This document shows positions 22,213-33,256 of a stretch of DNA of 64,000 bases, piece by piece (positions within the stretch are counted from its first letter, which is position 1; every line of letters begins with the position of its first letter). This DNA is from an uncultured Gammaproteobacteria bacterium. Lineage in GTDB: Bacteria; Pseudomonadota; Gammaproteobacteria; UBA6002. The stretch is taken from assembly GCA_963705725.1 (NCBI GenBank), contig CAVPKM010000013.1:32001-96000 (forward strand), in the 5' to 3' direction. The notes under the pieces were generated by a model. That model saw nothing but the letters and a program-made list of their open reading frames with translations, made no database searches and was not told the origin of the DNA. The translations under genes and the position numbers were made by a program.

Positions 22213-24246
22213 TTAGCGGCGGCGAGGAAAGATATTCCCATCGGGGTCTAAGTCATCGTCTTGACTTTCATCGCTCAATTCAACCGCATTTTCGTCAAAT
22301 TCTATCCCTTTTTTAGATAAAATATTCTTGAATTTTACAAAAGCTGGCGAGTTTTCATCTTGTATTGAGCTAGCTATCCTTGTAAGATAGCTCCCAAGGG
22401 CATCATCTGAATAAACATCTACTCCTTCCAATACTCCATGCTCAATTTCTTTTTCAAAATCACCCTGATCAAATTTAGACAAAATGGGGTTATTTTTTTC
22501 ATATTCTTGTCTTTCTTGTAGTATTTTTAAAATGATTGCTGCCCTAAGTGCACTTGCATGGTCTACGTCCAATTGATCGATCTTTTCATATATCCGCATT
22601 CTGATTTCAGGTGTATACGTCGTCAATATCGTGTCGGCAGCCCTATCAACATCAAGCTCCTTTTCAATGTCGTTCCAAAATTTTCTGTCTGCTTTGTCAT
22701 CAGCATAATTATACTTGTTGGTACTTTCGAATGCTTTGCGCACAGTTTCCTTTAGTGGACTGTGCTTTTCGTAATTAATTCCTTCCATTATTGTTGTTAA
22801 TTCATTTTCCTCGCAGCGCGACAGTACTGCACGTAATTCTTTTTCAAAATTTCCTCTTGGATGCGTGAAATTTGAAAGCATGGGTGCATTCTGTTCCACT
22901 AATTTTTGCTGATTAATTAATTGCTCGACAAGTATTGTTTTCACGTCAAGATCAACAGCCATCTTGGAAAAAAGTGCCATCCTAGTGTGATGGTTTTCTC
23001 CTAAAAGTGCTTGAGCTTTCCCTTGTGGATCCGCTGCTTTTTCAACTTTTTCTAAAATTCTAGTTGCAGCAATACGGTTATATTCAAAGTCAAAAGCGAC
23101 TTGTCCGCCATAACCTGTCAATAAACTATCAAATTCTTTGACGAATTGCCTGATGTATTCGTGACCATTGTAGTGTTTGTCGCCAACATCAAACTGCTGA
23201 TCTCTTAATTCATAGGCAAGCTGTGCTCTTTCTTTTTCATTCATTCCCTTCAGCATTTGTCTGTGTCCAGGCTGATTCGCGGAAATAAGATTGAATTCTT
23301 GAGCTTGTGGCGATAAATCTGGGGATTGATTGAATACTGCATTTTCTTTTGTTTTACGAGTAACAGATTTTGCATGCATGATATTAGTCAGCGCTTCCCA
23401 TTCTTTTTGGTAATGCACATACTGTCTTGGGCTTGAAAATGATCTAGGGTTGTTAAGCTTCTCTAGCGTAGCCTGGTCCAAAGCTACTGTTTCAACACCA
23501 GAAATTAGCGCCGCCTTGGCCGCCTTAATCGCATTTTGTGGCGTGCCGGAAAACTCAGCCCGCTTAAAGCCTGATGAAGCCATGGCATAGCCGAGCGCCT
23601 TAGGGTCATCACTGGTCAACGTATTCCCGCTCACATGAATATATTTGTTTTTACCATTCTTGAGGGAGGGAGGATTCTTACCTTCTAATTCTTTCATGAG
23701 GTTGTAGGTTCCGGGTAAGGGATTTTGGGCGACGGAAACTACATTTCCATTTTCATCGAGCGGAAACCGCCTTCTAAAATTGTTATAAGCTGCTAATTCA
23801 TCATCTTCATTCTTTTTATTCAGGGATTGGTTAAGTAATTTTGTTGAGGATTCATGCATGGCAAGCAGCGCGGCTTCAATATCGCGAGTGCTATCATCTC
23901 CTTTAGGTAAGTCTTTAGTAAAAACTTTACGAGTATTATCTTGATAATCTTTTAAACTTTTAAAGTGGGGCGAGAATAAAGTTTGTGGCGTTTTTTCGTC
24001 CAGTGCCTCGAGGCTTGATTGACGTTTTAGACGAATTTCTTCATCTAAAAGGCCTAGTAATTTTTGCTTAGCCGCGTCCTCAAGCACTGTTCGCTCAATA
24101 AGAGTCTTTAAGTCGCTTTCTTTTGCTTCAACTTCTGTGAGTTGAATTTTGGGAGCCGCAGGGTCAAGATTGTCAGGTCTTGGTTCGTTTCCAACAGCTC
24201 TCAGGTTCGCCTCGATTTCTGGTGGCACTTCTCGTCTATCTTGCAT
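22213..24246 (-). CDS. hypothetical 677-aa protein, candidate Dot/Icm-type effector
   Basis: Long ORF with GAGG RBS, internal repeat, acidic C-terminus, upstream PmrA-like box. Confidence 0.75.
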   Translation of the reverse strand: MQDRREVPPEIEANLRAVGNEPRPDNLDPAAPKIQLTEVEAKESDLKTLIERTVLEDAAKQKLLGLLDEEIRLKRQSSLEALDEKTPQTLFSPHFKSLKDYQDNTRKVFTKDLPKGDDSTRDIEAALLAMHESSTKLLNQSLNKKNEDDELAAYNNFRRRFPLDENGNVVSVAQNPLPGTYNLMKELEGKNPPSLKNGKNKYIHVSGNTLTSDDPKALGYAMASSGFKRAEFSGTPQNAIKAAKAALISGVETVALDQATLEKLNNPRSFSSPRQYVHYQKEWEALTNIMHAKSVTRKTKENAVFNQSPDLSPQAQEFNLISANQPGHRQMLKGMNEKERAQLAYELRDQQFDVGDKHYNGHEYIRQFVKEFDSLLTGYGGQVAFDFEYNRIAATRILEKVEKAADPQGKAQALLGENHHTRMALFSKMAVDLDVKTILVEQLINQQKLVEQNAPMLSNFTHPRGNFEKELRAVLSRCEENELTTIMEGINYEKHSPLKETVRKAFESTNKYNYADDKADRKFWNDIEKELDVDRAADTILTTYTPEIRMRIYEKIDQLDVDHASALRAAIILKILQERQEYEKNNPILSKFDQGDFEKEIEHGVLEGVDVYSDDALGSYLTRIASSIQDENSPAFVKFKNILSKKGIEFDENAVELSDESQDDDLDPDGNIFPRRR

Positions 24247-24285
24247 AGCAACCTCTAATCTAAAAATTAACTGGATTTAATAACC

Positions 24286-24318
24286 ATTCTATCAACATCA
24301 CCTTAAGAAATCCTTACC
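24286..24318 (-). promoter_or_regulatory. PmrA-like tandem box plus -10 element
   Basis: Minus strand GGTAAGGAT-TT-CTTAAGGTG-N7-TAGAAT upstream of the 677-aa ORF. Confidence 0.5.
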
Positions 24319-24635
24319 GGATTTTGCGTCCTACTTAAGCGAATTGGTTAAATTGGCTAAAACGTGCAAACGCCGCCCCGCGGACAAGCCCTAGGGCGAC
24401 AGAAAAGCAAGCTTTCATCTGCGCTGAATCATTTTACTAATTATTTTACATTAATTATAGTAATAAATTATCAATAAAAAGGATTGAGCTGATGTCTCAA
24501 TGGTGAAAAATTTCACACGAGTAACCTTGCGCCCCAATAAAATTCTCATTCCACTGCTTAAAACATGCTGTTTGTCTTGTATAATCTACGGCTTTATTGT
24601 AAGATTTTTCACTTTTCATTTCTTTGGAGCCTGTA

Positions 24636-25067
24636 ATGAGTACATATAGCGCTAAGCCAGCTGAAGTACGCCGAAAGTGGTGTGTGGTTGATGCAACAGA
24701 TAAGACCTTGGGTCGTTTAGCTACTGCGATAGCTGTTCGATTGCGAGGAAAGCATAAGCCAGAATTTACTCCGCATGTGGATACGGGCGATTATGTCGTG
24801 GTGGTCAATGCTAAAAAAGTCAAAGTAACGGGCAATAAGTCCTCCGACAAGCTTTATCACCATCACACGGGTTATCCAGGTGGGATAAAATCGGCAACTT
24901 TTGAAGAAATGCTTAAAAAAGCACCTACGCGTGTCATAGAGCTAGCCGTCAAGGGAATGTTGCCAAAAGGACCGCTCGGGCGCGCTATGTTTCGTAAATT
25001 AAAAATTTATGCTGGTGCTGAGCACCCACATGCTGCTCAACAACCGGAGCTTTTAGATAATATTTAA
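24636..25067 (+). CDS. rplM: 50S ribosomal protein L13
   Basis: [39 protein letters not shown]. Confidence 0.98.
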   Translation: MSTYSAKPAEVRRKWCVVDATDKTLGRLATAIAVRLRGKHKPEFTPHVDTGDYVVVVNAKKVKVTGNKSSDKLYHHHTGYPGGIKSATFEEMLKKAPTRVIELAVKGMLPKGPLGRAMFRKLKIYAGAEHPHAAQQPELLDNI

Positions 25068-25079
25068 CGGGGTTTTTTC

Positions 25080-25478
25080 ATGCCACAAGCAATAGAACAA
25101 AATTATGGAACGGGCCGTCGTAAATCGGCTGCTGCTCGTGTTTTTATTCGTCCCGGAAAAGGGAATATCACCGTCAATCATCTACCTTTAGATAAGTACT
25201 TTTTAAGAGAAACGTCTCGCGTGATGGTAAGGCAGCCATTAGTCGTGGTGGGAGCTGTTGAAAAATTTGATGTTTATATCACGGTTCGAGGCGGAGGAAG
25301 CACGGGACAGGCTGGAGCGATTCGACATGGCCTTGCTCGAGCATTAATAGATTATGATGTTGCTTTGCGAGGTGAATTAAAGAGTCAGGGATTTCTGACA
25401 CGTGATGCGCGTGAAGTTGAGAGAAAGAAAGTAGGATTGAAAAAAGCACGAAAAGCTCCTCAGTTCTCTAAACGTTAA
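25080..25478 (+). CDS. rpsI: 30S ribosomal protein S9
   Basis: [32 protein letters not shown]. Confidence 0.98.
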   Translation: MPQAIEQNYGTGRRKSAAARVFIRPGKGNITVNHLPLDKYFLRETSRVMVRQPLVVVGAVEKFDVYITVRGGGSTGQAGAIRHGLARALIDYDVALRGELKSQGFLTRDAREVERKKVGLKKARKAPQFSKR

Positions 25479-25602
25479 TATTCCAAGTTATCTTTTATTA
25501 TTAGATGGTCTCAAGATGGTCTCAGGTTTGGGCATCCGTTCTGTTTGTTGATTCTTGACAAGAATAATTATATTTTTGAGTTTTTTGAGTAAGGAGTGTT
25601 TG

Positions 25603-26220
25603 ATGAGTGTTCTCAAACGATCAGTGATGACCCTATATTCTGGTTCTCTTTGCCCATATAGCCATCGCGTTAGAATCGTATTGGCTGAAAAAGGCGTAAG
25701 CGTAGATATCATCCATGTAGACCTGAATAATCCTCCTGAAGAACTGATTGAACTTAATCCTTATCAAAGTGTTCCGACATTGGTTGATCGTGACTTAGTT
25801 CTGTATGAAGCGGGTATCATTATGGAATACCTGGATGAGCGGTTTCCTCATCCACCCCTTCTGCCCGTGTATCCCGTAGCAAGGGCAAAGAGCCGTTTGA
25901 TGATGTATCGCATTGAAAAAGATTGGTATAAGCTAATGAACGCCATTCTAACTAACCAACCAACGAAGGAGACGGCTAGGAAGGAATTGCGTGAAAACTT
26001 AATTGCACTGGGCCCTGTATTTGGCAATATGCCTTATTTTATGAATGAAGAGTTTTCTCTAGTCGATTGTTACCTGGCGCCTTTATTGTGGCGCTTGCCA
26101 CAACTTGGAATAGACCTTCCTCCTGCAGCGAATATGATTAAGCAATATGCGAAGCGGGTTTTCAGCCGAGAAAGTTTCCAGGTTAGTTTAACAGAAGCAG
26201 AACGTGAGATAGCGGAATAA
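25603..26220 (+). CDS. sspA: stringent starvation protein A
   Basis: MTLYSG..SHRVRIVLAEKGV, EYLDERFPHPPLLPVYP. Confidence 0.95.
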   Translation: MSVLKRSVMTLYSGSLCPYSHRVRIVLAEKGVSVDIIHVDLNNPPEELIELNPYQSVPTLVDRDLVLYEAGIIMEYLDERFPHPPLLPVYPVARAKSRLMMYRIEKDWYKLMNAILTNQPTKETARKELRENLIALGPVFGNMPYFMNEEFSLVDCYLAPLLWRLPQLGIDLPPAANMIKQYAKRVFSRESFQVSLTEAEREIAE

Positions 26221-26221
26221 C

Positions 26222-26617
26222 ATGACTTCTAGCCGTCCTTACTTAATTCGCGCTCTCTATGAGTGGATTGTTGATAATAGGCTTACGCCATACATTATTG
26301 TTGATGCTGAGCTACCGGAAGTTTTTGTTCCCAGGCAGTATGTGAGTAAAGGACAGATCGTTCTTAATATCTCTCCTGATGCCGTTTATGATCTGCTCAT
26401 TAGTAACATCGCTTTACAATTTCATGCTTCTTTTTCAGGTATTTCTCATCATGTTAAAGTCTCGATTATTTCCATTAAAGCAATCTATGCACAGGAAAAT
26501 GGTGAGGGCATGTTTTTTGGAGAAGAGCCAGGCGGTGATACTCCTCCTGATAATAGTAAGTTTGAGTCTCCTAAAGACAAAAGTGCAAAAAAACCGCAGT
26601 TGAAAATAATCAAATAA
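26222..26617 (+). CDS. sspB: ClpXP adaptor SspB
   Basis: RPYLIRALYEWIVDN, IVLNISP, IYAQENGEGM, C-terminal LKIIK. Confidence 0.95.
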   Translation: MTSSRPYLIRALYEWIVDNRLTPYIIVDAELPEVFVPRQYVSKGQIVLNISPDAVYDLLISNIALQFHASFSGISHHVKVSIISIKAIYAQENGEGMFFGEEPGGDTPPDNSKFESPKDKSAKKPQLKIIK

Positions 26618-26627
26618 CGCCAGTCTC

Positions 26628-26644
26628 TGCCCTTAAATAGGGCA
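26628..26644 (+). terminator. possible hairpin after sspB
   Basis: TGCCCT-TAAAT-AGGGCA inverted repeat; no U-tract. Confidence 0.3.
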
Positions 26645-26774
26645 TCACATGTCATAATCTAACATTTAATTTACAAATGCATTAAAATTATATAAAATTG
26701 TGCTTGCTAACAGTCTGATAGGATGAACAGGAGGAAAACATCTTTAATTATTTTGGGAAGGTAGTGATGCGAAG

Positions 26775-29186
26775 GTGGGTATGCAAGAAAAAATTGATTA
26801 TTTTTATTTCAAGTTAAATTTTTTAAAGAAAATGGCGAAGTCGCTTAATGTAACATTGGAAATAGGTGCTTTAAAAAATAAAATAAAGCGGCTTAACACC
26901 ACTTTGAAGGAAGAAAATTCAGAAAAAAAATTGGGTCAACAATGTAGGCTCATAGAAAAAGATTTTTATTCAGTCGAAACCATTTTTTGGGATTCTGAAG
27001 AAATTGAAAAGGGTTTGTCAGTTGGAATCAATCAAAAAATTTACCGTCTAATCCGCTCTCATGATTTAAAAGGTGTGACTTTTATGTTCGAGATTGGCCA
27101 ATCGTTATATGAAAACGGAGTGGATATTAACCACTGCCCCGGCAAAGCGGGTACTTTTTTATGGTTTGCAATTAGTGAAGGTCAAACAGATATTGCTGAA
27201 AAACTTCTGAAAGCAGGTGCAGACCCCAATAAGCGTGCAAGGCGTCAAAGTTCACCATTAGAAATAGCGATTCGAAAGCAAAATGTTAAATCTATTCAAT
27301 TGTTAATCGATTTTGGCGCAGATGTTAACAGCCCTAATCCCACTTATCCGCTTGCTACCGCGATCAAATGTCATCATTTTGAAGGGGTAAAATTATTAAT
27401 AAAAAATGGTGCGAAAATTTATCTTGATAAACAAAATCAGCTATATGGAGAAACCTCGCACTATTCTTCACCATTGACTGTTGCATTAAAAGAAAATCAA
27501 TTTGAAATTGCTGTCTTTTTATTAGACATCATACTAGCCTCAGCGCAACTGCTTCAAAAACATCTTTATCTTTTTCTTTTGAACGCCCCTCTTAGTATGC
27601 TGCATGATTTTATTGTGAATGATGCGCTTTCGCCCTTATTAAAATTTACAACTAAGCTGATAACCTGGACGAGAAGGACTGGTAAGGAGAGCAGTATTCA
27701 AAGTGGTGAATTGCTGTTGCGATTATTATTACAAGATTCGGCGCAGATAGAAGAACGACTTATCGTTTTACAACAACTTATTTTGCAGTTGACACGTCTT
27801 GAATATATGCCGGCCTCTCTTGAAGAAGAATCCTGTTATGCAGGATTTTCTCTTATTAAGGCAGCGGCAAATGAAACGGAAGACACACCAAAAAAACATT
27901 TGGCAAATAGACTGGATAAGTCTATGAGATTTGATGAAATGCAAGGTCGTGTCGGCGTAGCAGTTCGCTTGTTTCGTATGGTCATTCATCCTCTTTTCCC
28001 CAATGCTGCCTTCCTTTCAGGGCTTGATCTCATTAAGGAGGTGAAAAAGCAATTACATCAATATAAGTGTCAACATGGAGATTGGCCTTCGCAAGCGTGG
28101 ATTGAAAATTTTTTGGAAAATTGGGAAAGCCATACTCAACCTCAATTGGTGGCTAGCCATGCTTTAATCAAGAAAAAAAATCGAAGTCCAGATGCGAATC
28201 GTTTTTTGGCGATGGCGGGTTCCAAAGCATTTGAAAAATATAATGATAATCTGCTGGCAGGGGGAATAGCGGAGGATGCGGCGTGTTGGTACGGAGATTT
28301 TATTGCCAGTATTTTAATAGATTTTCAAAATTGTCATTTGCTAAAATCTTCATGGAATGAAAAAAAAATAAAATCACTGCTGATGGAAATGGCTGGGAAG
28401 CCTGTCATTTTTAATAAAGAACAAACCACCACTATGGGAATGGATTTTAATCTAAGCAATCATTTTATACCGATTATTCTACATCAAGAAAAAACACATT
28501 GGTTATATACCATCATGTGTCGAGGGTTTATCCAACCTGAAAAAGAAAGGGTTAGCGGTGCGACGGATTTTATTGTTGCCGATGAACAGATCGAAAAAGT
28601 TGTTGCTGCCACTAAGTTCTCAAGACAAAATTTTTCGGCAGAAGAATATGAAAACCCGTATGCCGTAGATCGTAATATTGATTATCAATTATTTATGCAT
28701 TTCCATATGCTAGAAAAAATAATCGGTAAACCAGGTTTTTACTCGGATCGACTGGGTCAAAAACCTTATGTCACAAAGACCTGTTATGCTAGTAATTTCA
28801 AGCCATTTTTAGTCTTTTTTTTAGAGAAAATGGTAAATCACCAAAATATCTATGATTGGGGAATTTTCGTCGAAAAAATGCGAGCTTTGATTGTTGCTGA
28901 AATGGAAAAGCAAAATCTTTTCTTAGAGAACGAGGAAACTTTTCAAGTGCGAACGAAAACAGAAGTGACTTATAAGCTAATGACGTGTCTATTAAGATGG
29001 CAAGAAATTAATCGATTCCAGCCTTCAACGCCAAATGAAATAAAAGGAAAAAATGCAACGATTAAACATGTGGCTGCCATGACGAAAAAAAGAATGAGCC
29101 TGAGATTTGATTTTTGTAATCGTGTTCCAAACGAAACGCCGCTTGAAAATTCTCAGCCTACTGCTTTTTATACTAATTCACATTAG
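26775..29186 (+). CDS. ankyrin-repeat protein (803 aa), candidate effector
   Basis: About 4-5 ANK repeats (GTFLWFAISEGQTDIAEKLLKAGADPN; SPLEIAIRKQNVKSIQLLIDFGADVN; YPLATAIKCHHFEGVKLLIKNGA) plus a long C-terminal domain. Confidence 0.85.
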   Translation: MGMQEKIDYFYFKLNFLKKMAKSLNVTLEIGALKNKIKRLNTTLKEENSEKKLGQQCRLIEKDFYSVETIFWDSEEIEKGLSVGINQKIYRLIRSHDLKGVTFMFEIGQSLYENGVDINHCPGKAGTFLWFAISEGQTDIAEKLLKAGADPNKRARRQSSPLEIAIRKQNVKSIQLLIDFGADVNSPNPTYPLATAIKCHHFEGVKLLIKNGAKIYLDKQNQLYGETSHYSSPLTVALKENQFEIAVFLLDIILASAQLLQKHLYLFLLNAPLSMLHDFIVNDALSPLLKFTTKLITWTRRTGKESSIQSGELLLRLLLQDSAQIEERLIVLQQLILQLTRLEYMPASLEEESCYAGFSLIKAAANETEDTPKKHLANRLDKSMRFDEMQGRVGVAVRLFRMVIHPLFPNAAFLSGLDLIKEVKKQLHQYKCQHGDWPSQAWIENFLENWESHTQPQLVASHALIKKKNRSPDANRFLAMAGSKAFEKYNDNLLAGGIAEDAACWYGDFIASILIDFQNCHLLKSSWNEKKIKSLLMEMAGKPVIFNKEQTTTMGMDFNLSNHFIPIILHQEKTHWLYTIMCRGFIQPEKERVSGATDFIVADEQIEKVVAATKFSRQNFSAEEYENPYAVDRNIDYQLFMHFHMLEKIIGKPGFYSDRLGQKPYVTKTCYASNFKPFLVFFLEKMVNHQNIYDWGIFVEKMRALIVAEMEKQNLFLENEETFQVRTKTEVTYKLMTCLLRWQEINRFQPSTPNEIKGKNATIKHVAAMTKKRMSLRFDFCNRVPNETPLENSQPTAFYTNSH

Positions 29187-29193
29187 CCGCTTC

Positions 29194-30015
29194 CTAACGA
29201 ACGTTAACGATAAATGCGTCGATATTTTGTTCCAGTAGTCCTGATCTTGAGGGTTCGAAATACAAGGAGGTCATACCTTGTGAAAAAAAGCAATGATTCG
29301 GAAAAAATGTAGCGATTATTTCGGTTGGCTGATTTAAGTCTCCCGCTAAAATAGTGGGTTCTTTGAAAATGTTTAAAATTTGTTGAATTTCTTTTGCAGT
29401 CTCAGAGGGTAGGATTTTCACCCGGTTAGCGGATTCATAACGAAGGTGGGCATTGATAATGGTCAAGCGCTTTTTGTTTGAGTTTTTGATAAACGAGACC
29501 GCAAACATTCTCCCATTGTGATAAGTAAGTGAAGGAAGAGTTTCGATAAGAGGTTCTGAAAACAGGGTGTGGTTAAAAAGAAAAAGGGTGCCAAAATGGC
29601 TGCCCTTACTTCTTTGATAATAAGTAGGATTAATTATCCAGTTTGAGGGGAATAACGCGCGTAGTGTGGCATAAAAATAGTTTTTAAATTCTTTTAAATA
29701 AGGGGCTTCTTGCAGTGCAATGATACCAAGTTGGGAGTGAATTTTGGCTTGTTTTGCGAGTTGTTCTGCGATGCGAAATAAGCGTGGCTTGTATTCAGTT
29801 TCCGCATCTTCAGCTTTTCGATAGGCATTATTTCCTCCGCGCCCCATGGTCATGATGTTCCAAGTGAGTAAGGAGAAGCTGCGAGTGATGGACATCATCT
29901 GTCCTGCATGATCCGATAATACTTTTTCCCATTCATTTTTAGCAAAAGATTTCAATTCTAAAGGTTTGGGAAGGGGTGGCGTGATGATCTTGGGTGGTTT
30001 GTTTATTGTCTGCAT
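29194..30015 (-). CDS. endonuclease/exonuclease/phosphatase (EEP) family protein
   Basis: LLTWNI, IIALQEA, IINAHL, ILAGDLN, NIDAF. Confidence 0.8.
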   Translation of the reverse strand: MQTINKPPKIITPPLPKPLELKSFAKNEWEKVLSDHAGQMMSITRSFSLLTWNIMTMGRGGNNAYRKAEDAETEYKPRLFRIAEQLAKQAKIHSQLGIIALQEAPYLKEFKNYFYATLRALFPSNWIINPTYYQRSKGSHFGTLFLFNHTLFSEPLIETLPSLTYHNGRMFAVSFIKNSNKKRLTIINAHLRYESANRVKILPSETAKEIQQILNIFKEPTILAGDLNQPTEIIATFFPNHCFFSQGMTSLYFEPSRSGLLEQNIDAFIVNVR

Positions 30016-30026
30016 GTGCTGCCCTT

Positions 30027-30680
30027 TTATATTCCAAACAGGGTGAGTATCCAATTTCTTAGGTAAAGGGAGGGCACCAGAAGAATGGTGGATAATAGAC
30101 CTGTGACAAGCAGTAGCATTAAAATAAGCAGTCCTGTCACTTCTAGATTCTGCATTTTTTCGGCTAGGGCAGGAGGGAGCAAGCTGTAGAGCACGCGACT
30201 ACCATCTAAAGGTGGAATTGGAATTAAGTTTAATAACATAAAAATAAGATTAATGTTTATGCCCGCGTAGCCCATGTAGATAATGGCCTTTGCCCATAGC
30301 AATTTTTTAGCTAAAAGTATCATTCCAATTTTTGCAGCGAATGCCCAAAACAAAATCATCATGAAATTTGCTAATGGCCCACCTAATGCGACGAGAGCCA
30401 TGTCTCGTCTGGGGTGGGTTAATCTATTCCAGTTTATTGGTACGGGCTTAGCCCAGCCAAATACGAATCCCGTAAAGAGCAGCAGGAGAATAGGTAATAT
30501 AATTGTGCCAAACCAATGAATGTGTTTAATTGGATTAAAACTCACCCTACCTAATGATTTTGCCGTATCATCTCCCAATTTATAGGCTATCCAACCATGT
30601 GCAGCCTCATGCACTGTAATTGCGAATAAAACAGGGAGCGTCCAGACTGCAAATAATTGTGGGAGAGATAAATTTTCCAT
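30027..30680 (-). CDS. site-2 protease (M50 family)
   Basis: TVHEAAHG, GWAKPVP, GPLAN, NLIPIPPLDG. Confidence 0.92.
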   Translation of the reverse strand: MENLSLPQLFAVWTLPVLFAITVHEAAHGWIAYKLGDDTAKSLGRVSFNPIKHIHWFGTIILPILLLLFTGFVFGWAKPVPINWNRLTHPRRDMALVALGGPLANFMMILFWAFAAKIGMILLAKKLLWAKAIIYMGYAGININLIFMLLNLIPIPPLDGSRVLYSLLPPALAEKMQNLEVTGLLILMLLLVTGLLSTILLVPSLYLRNWILTLFGI

Positions 30681-30714
30681 CTAAAAATAATAGTACTCAA
30701 TAACAAGAATACAA

Positions 30715-31940
<1,226 letters not shown>

Positions 31941-31948
31941 CTAGGCAG

Positions 31949-32317
31949 CTATTGTACCTGAAAAGCATCTTTAATCCAGCGTATCTGATATTCTTTATCA
32001 GTTTGACCAATTGCAACAATATCTAACCGGGTAAATTTCCAGGTGGGAAATCTTTGCAGATAGGCGCTCGCAGTGCGGGTTAATTTTTTTTGTTTAGCTT
32101 TATCTATGCTTTCAATCGCGCTTGTATAGTGAAATTTTCGAAAACGAACTTCAACAAAAATGCGTGTTTGATTATCCTCCATAATTAAATCTATTTCTCC
32201 AAACGGTGTCCAAAAATTTCTCGTCACACAGCGTAAGCCATTTTTTTGTAAAAACTGGCAAGCAATTTGTTCTGCTTCAAAGCCTTTATTTTGTGTGGGA
32301 GAATGAGTTTTTTTCAT
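31949..32317 (-). CDS. yraN: YraN family protein
   Basis: GEIDLIM, FVEVRFR, RLDIVAI. Confidence 0.92.
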   Translation of the reverse strand: MKKTHSPTQNKGFEAEQIACQFLQKNGLRCVTRNFWTPFGEIDLIMEDNQTRIFVEVRFRKFHYTSAIESIDKAKQKKLTRTASAYLQRFPTWKFTRLDIVAIGQTDKEYQIRWIKDAFQVQ

Positions 32318-32330
32318 ATCGAGTCATATT

Positions 32331-33167
32331 ATGTCACACCTTGCTAAATTATATGTGGTTGCTACCCCAATTGGTAACCTCGAGGATATTACGGTACGGG
32401 CTTTATCAGTATTGAAAACTGTCGATCTCATTGCTGCAGAGGATACGAGGCAAAGCAAAAAGCTGCTCATGCACTATGGCATTGAAAAACCTCTTTTTGC
32501 CTTGCATGCACATAATGAAGAAAAAGCGGGTTTGCGATTGCTTGAGGCTTTAAAAAAAAATCAAAATGTCGCTTATATCACGGATGCTGGCACCCCCTTG
32601 ATTAGTGATCCAGGTGCCAAGTTGGTTCAATTAGTGAGAGCGGAAGGGTTTGATATTATCCCTATTCCTGGCCCTTGCGCAGCGATAACGGCATTAAGTG
32701 TCGCGGGATTTGTTCATCCACAATTTTATTTTGAAGGTTTTTTGCCTCATAAACAAACTACACGCATGAAAAAGCTCAATCAGCTTAAGAGCATGAGCGC
32801 CACGTTGATTTTTTATGAATCCACTCATCGTATTACGGAAACCCTGCAAGATATGGTCACTATTTTTGGTAATATAGAGGCAGTGGTTGGGAGAGAGTTA
32901 ACCAAAAAATTTGAAACCATACTAAGCGGTTCTTTGGAAACTCTACTGGATACCATTTTGTTGAATAACGAGCAACGATTAGGAGAATTTGTAATTTTGT
33001 TGTCGCCTAACCCCCAGCCTTCTGACAAAATGTCCTCAAAGGCAGTGACAGTGCTCACGTTGTTGTTGGCACAGCTTCCTCTTAAAGGGGCGGTCAATAT
33101 TGCCAGTCAGGTGCTAGAAATGAAAAAAAATGATCTTTATGCGCTAGCCATTGAACTATCAAAATGA
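32331..33167 (+). CDS. rsmI: 16S rRNA C1402 2'-O-methyltransferase
   Basis: LYVVATPIGNLEDIT, AEDTR, DAGTPLISDPG, RELTKKFE. Confidence 0.97.
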   Translation: MSHLAKLYVVATPIGNLEDITVRALSVLKTVDLIAAEDTRQSKKLLMHYGIEKPLFALHAHNEEKAGLRLLEALKKNQNVAYITDAGTPLISDPGAKLVQLVRAEGFDIIPIPGPCAAITALSVAGFVHPQFYFEGFLPHKQTTRMKKLNQLKSMSATLIFYESTHRITETLQDMVTIFGNIEAVVGRELTKKFETILSGSLETLLDTILLNNEQRLGEFVILLSPNPQPSDKMSSKAVTVLTLLLAQLPLKGAVNIASQVLEMKKNDLYALAIELSK

Positions 33168-33256
33168 GCTAAATTCGCAGGTGAGTGGAGTTAATTAACT
33201 AGATGCTTGTAACAACGTATTAAAATCATTTACCAAGGGTTTGAAAGGAGTCTTTA

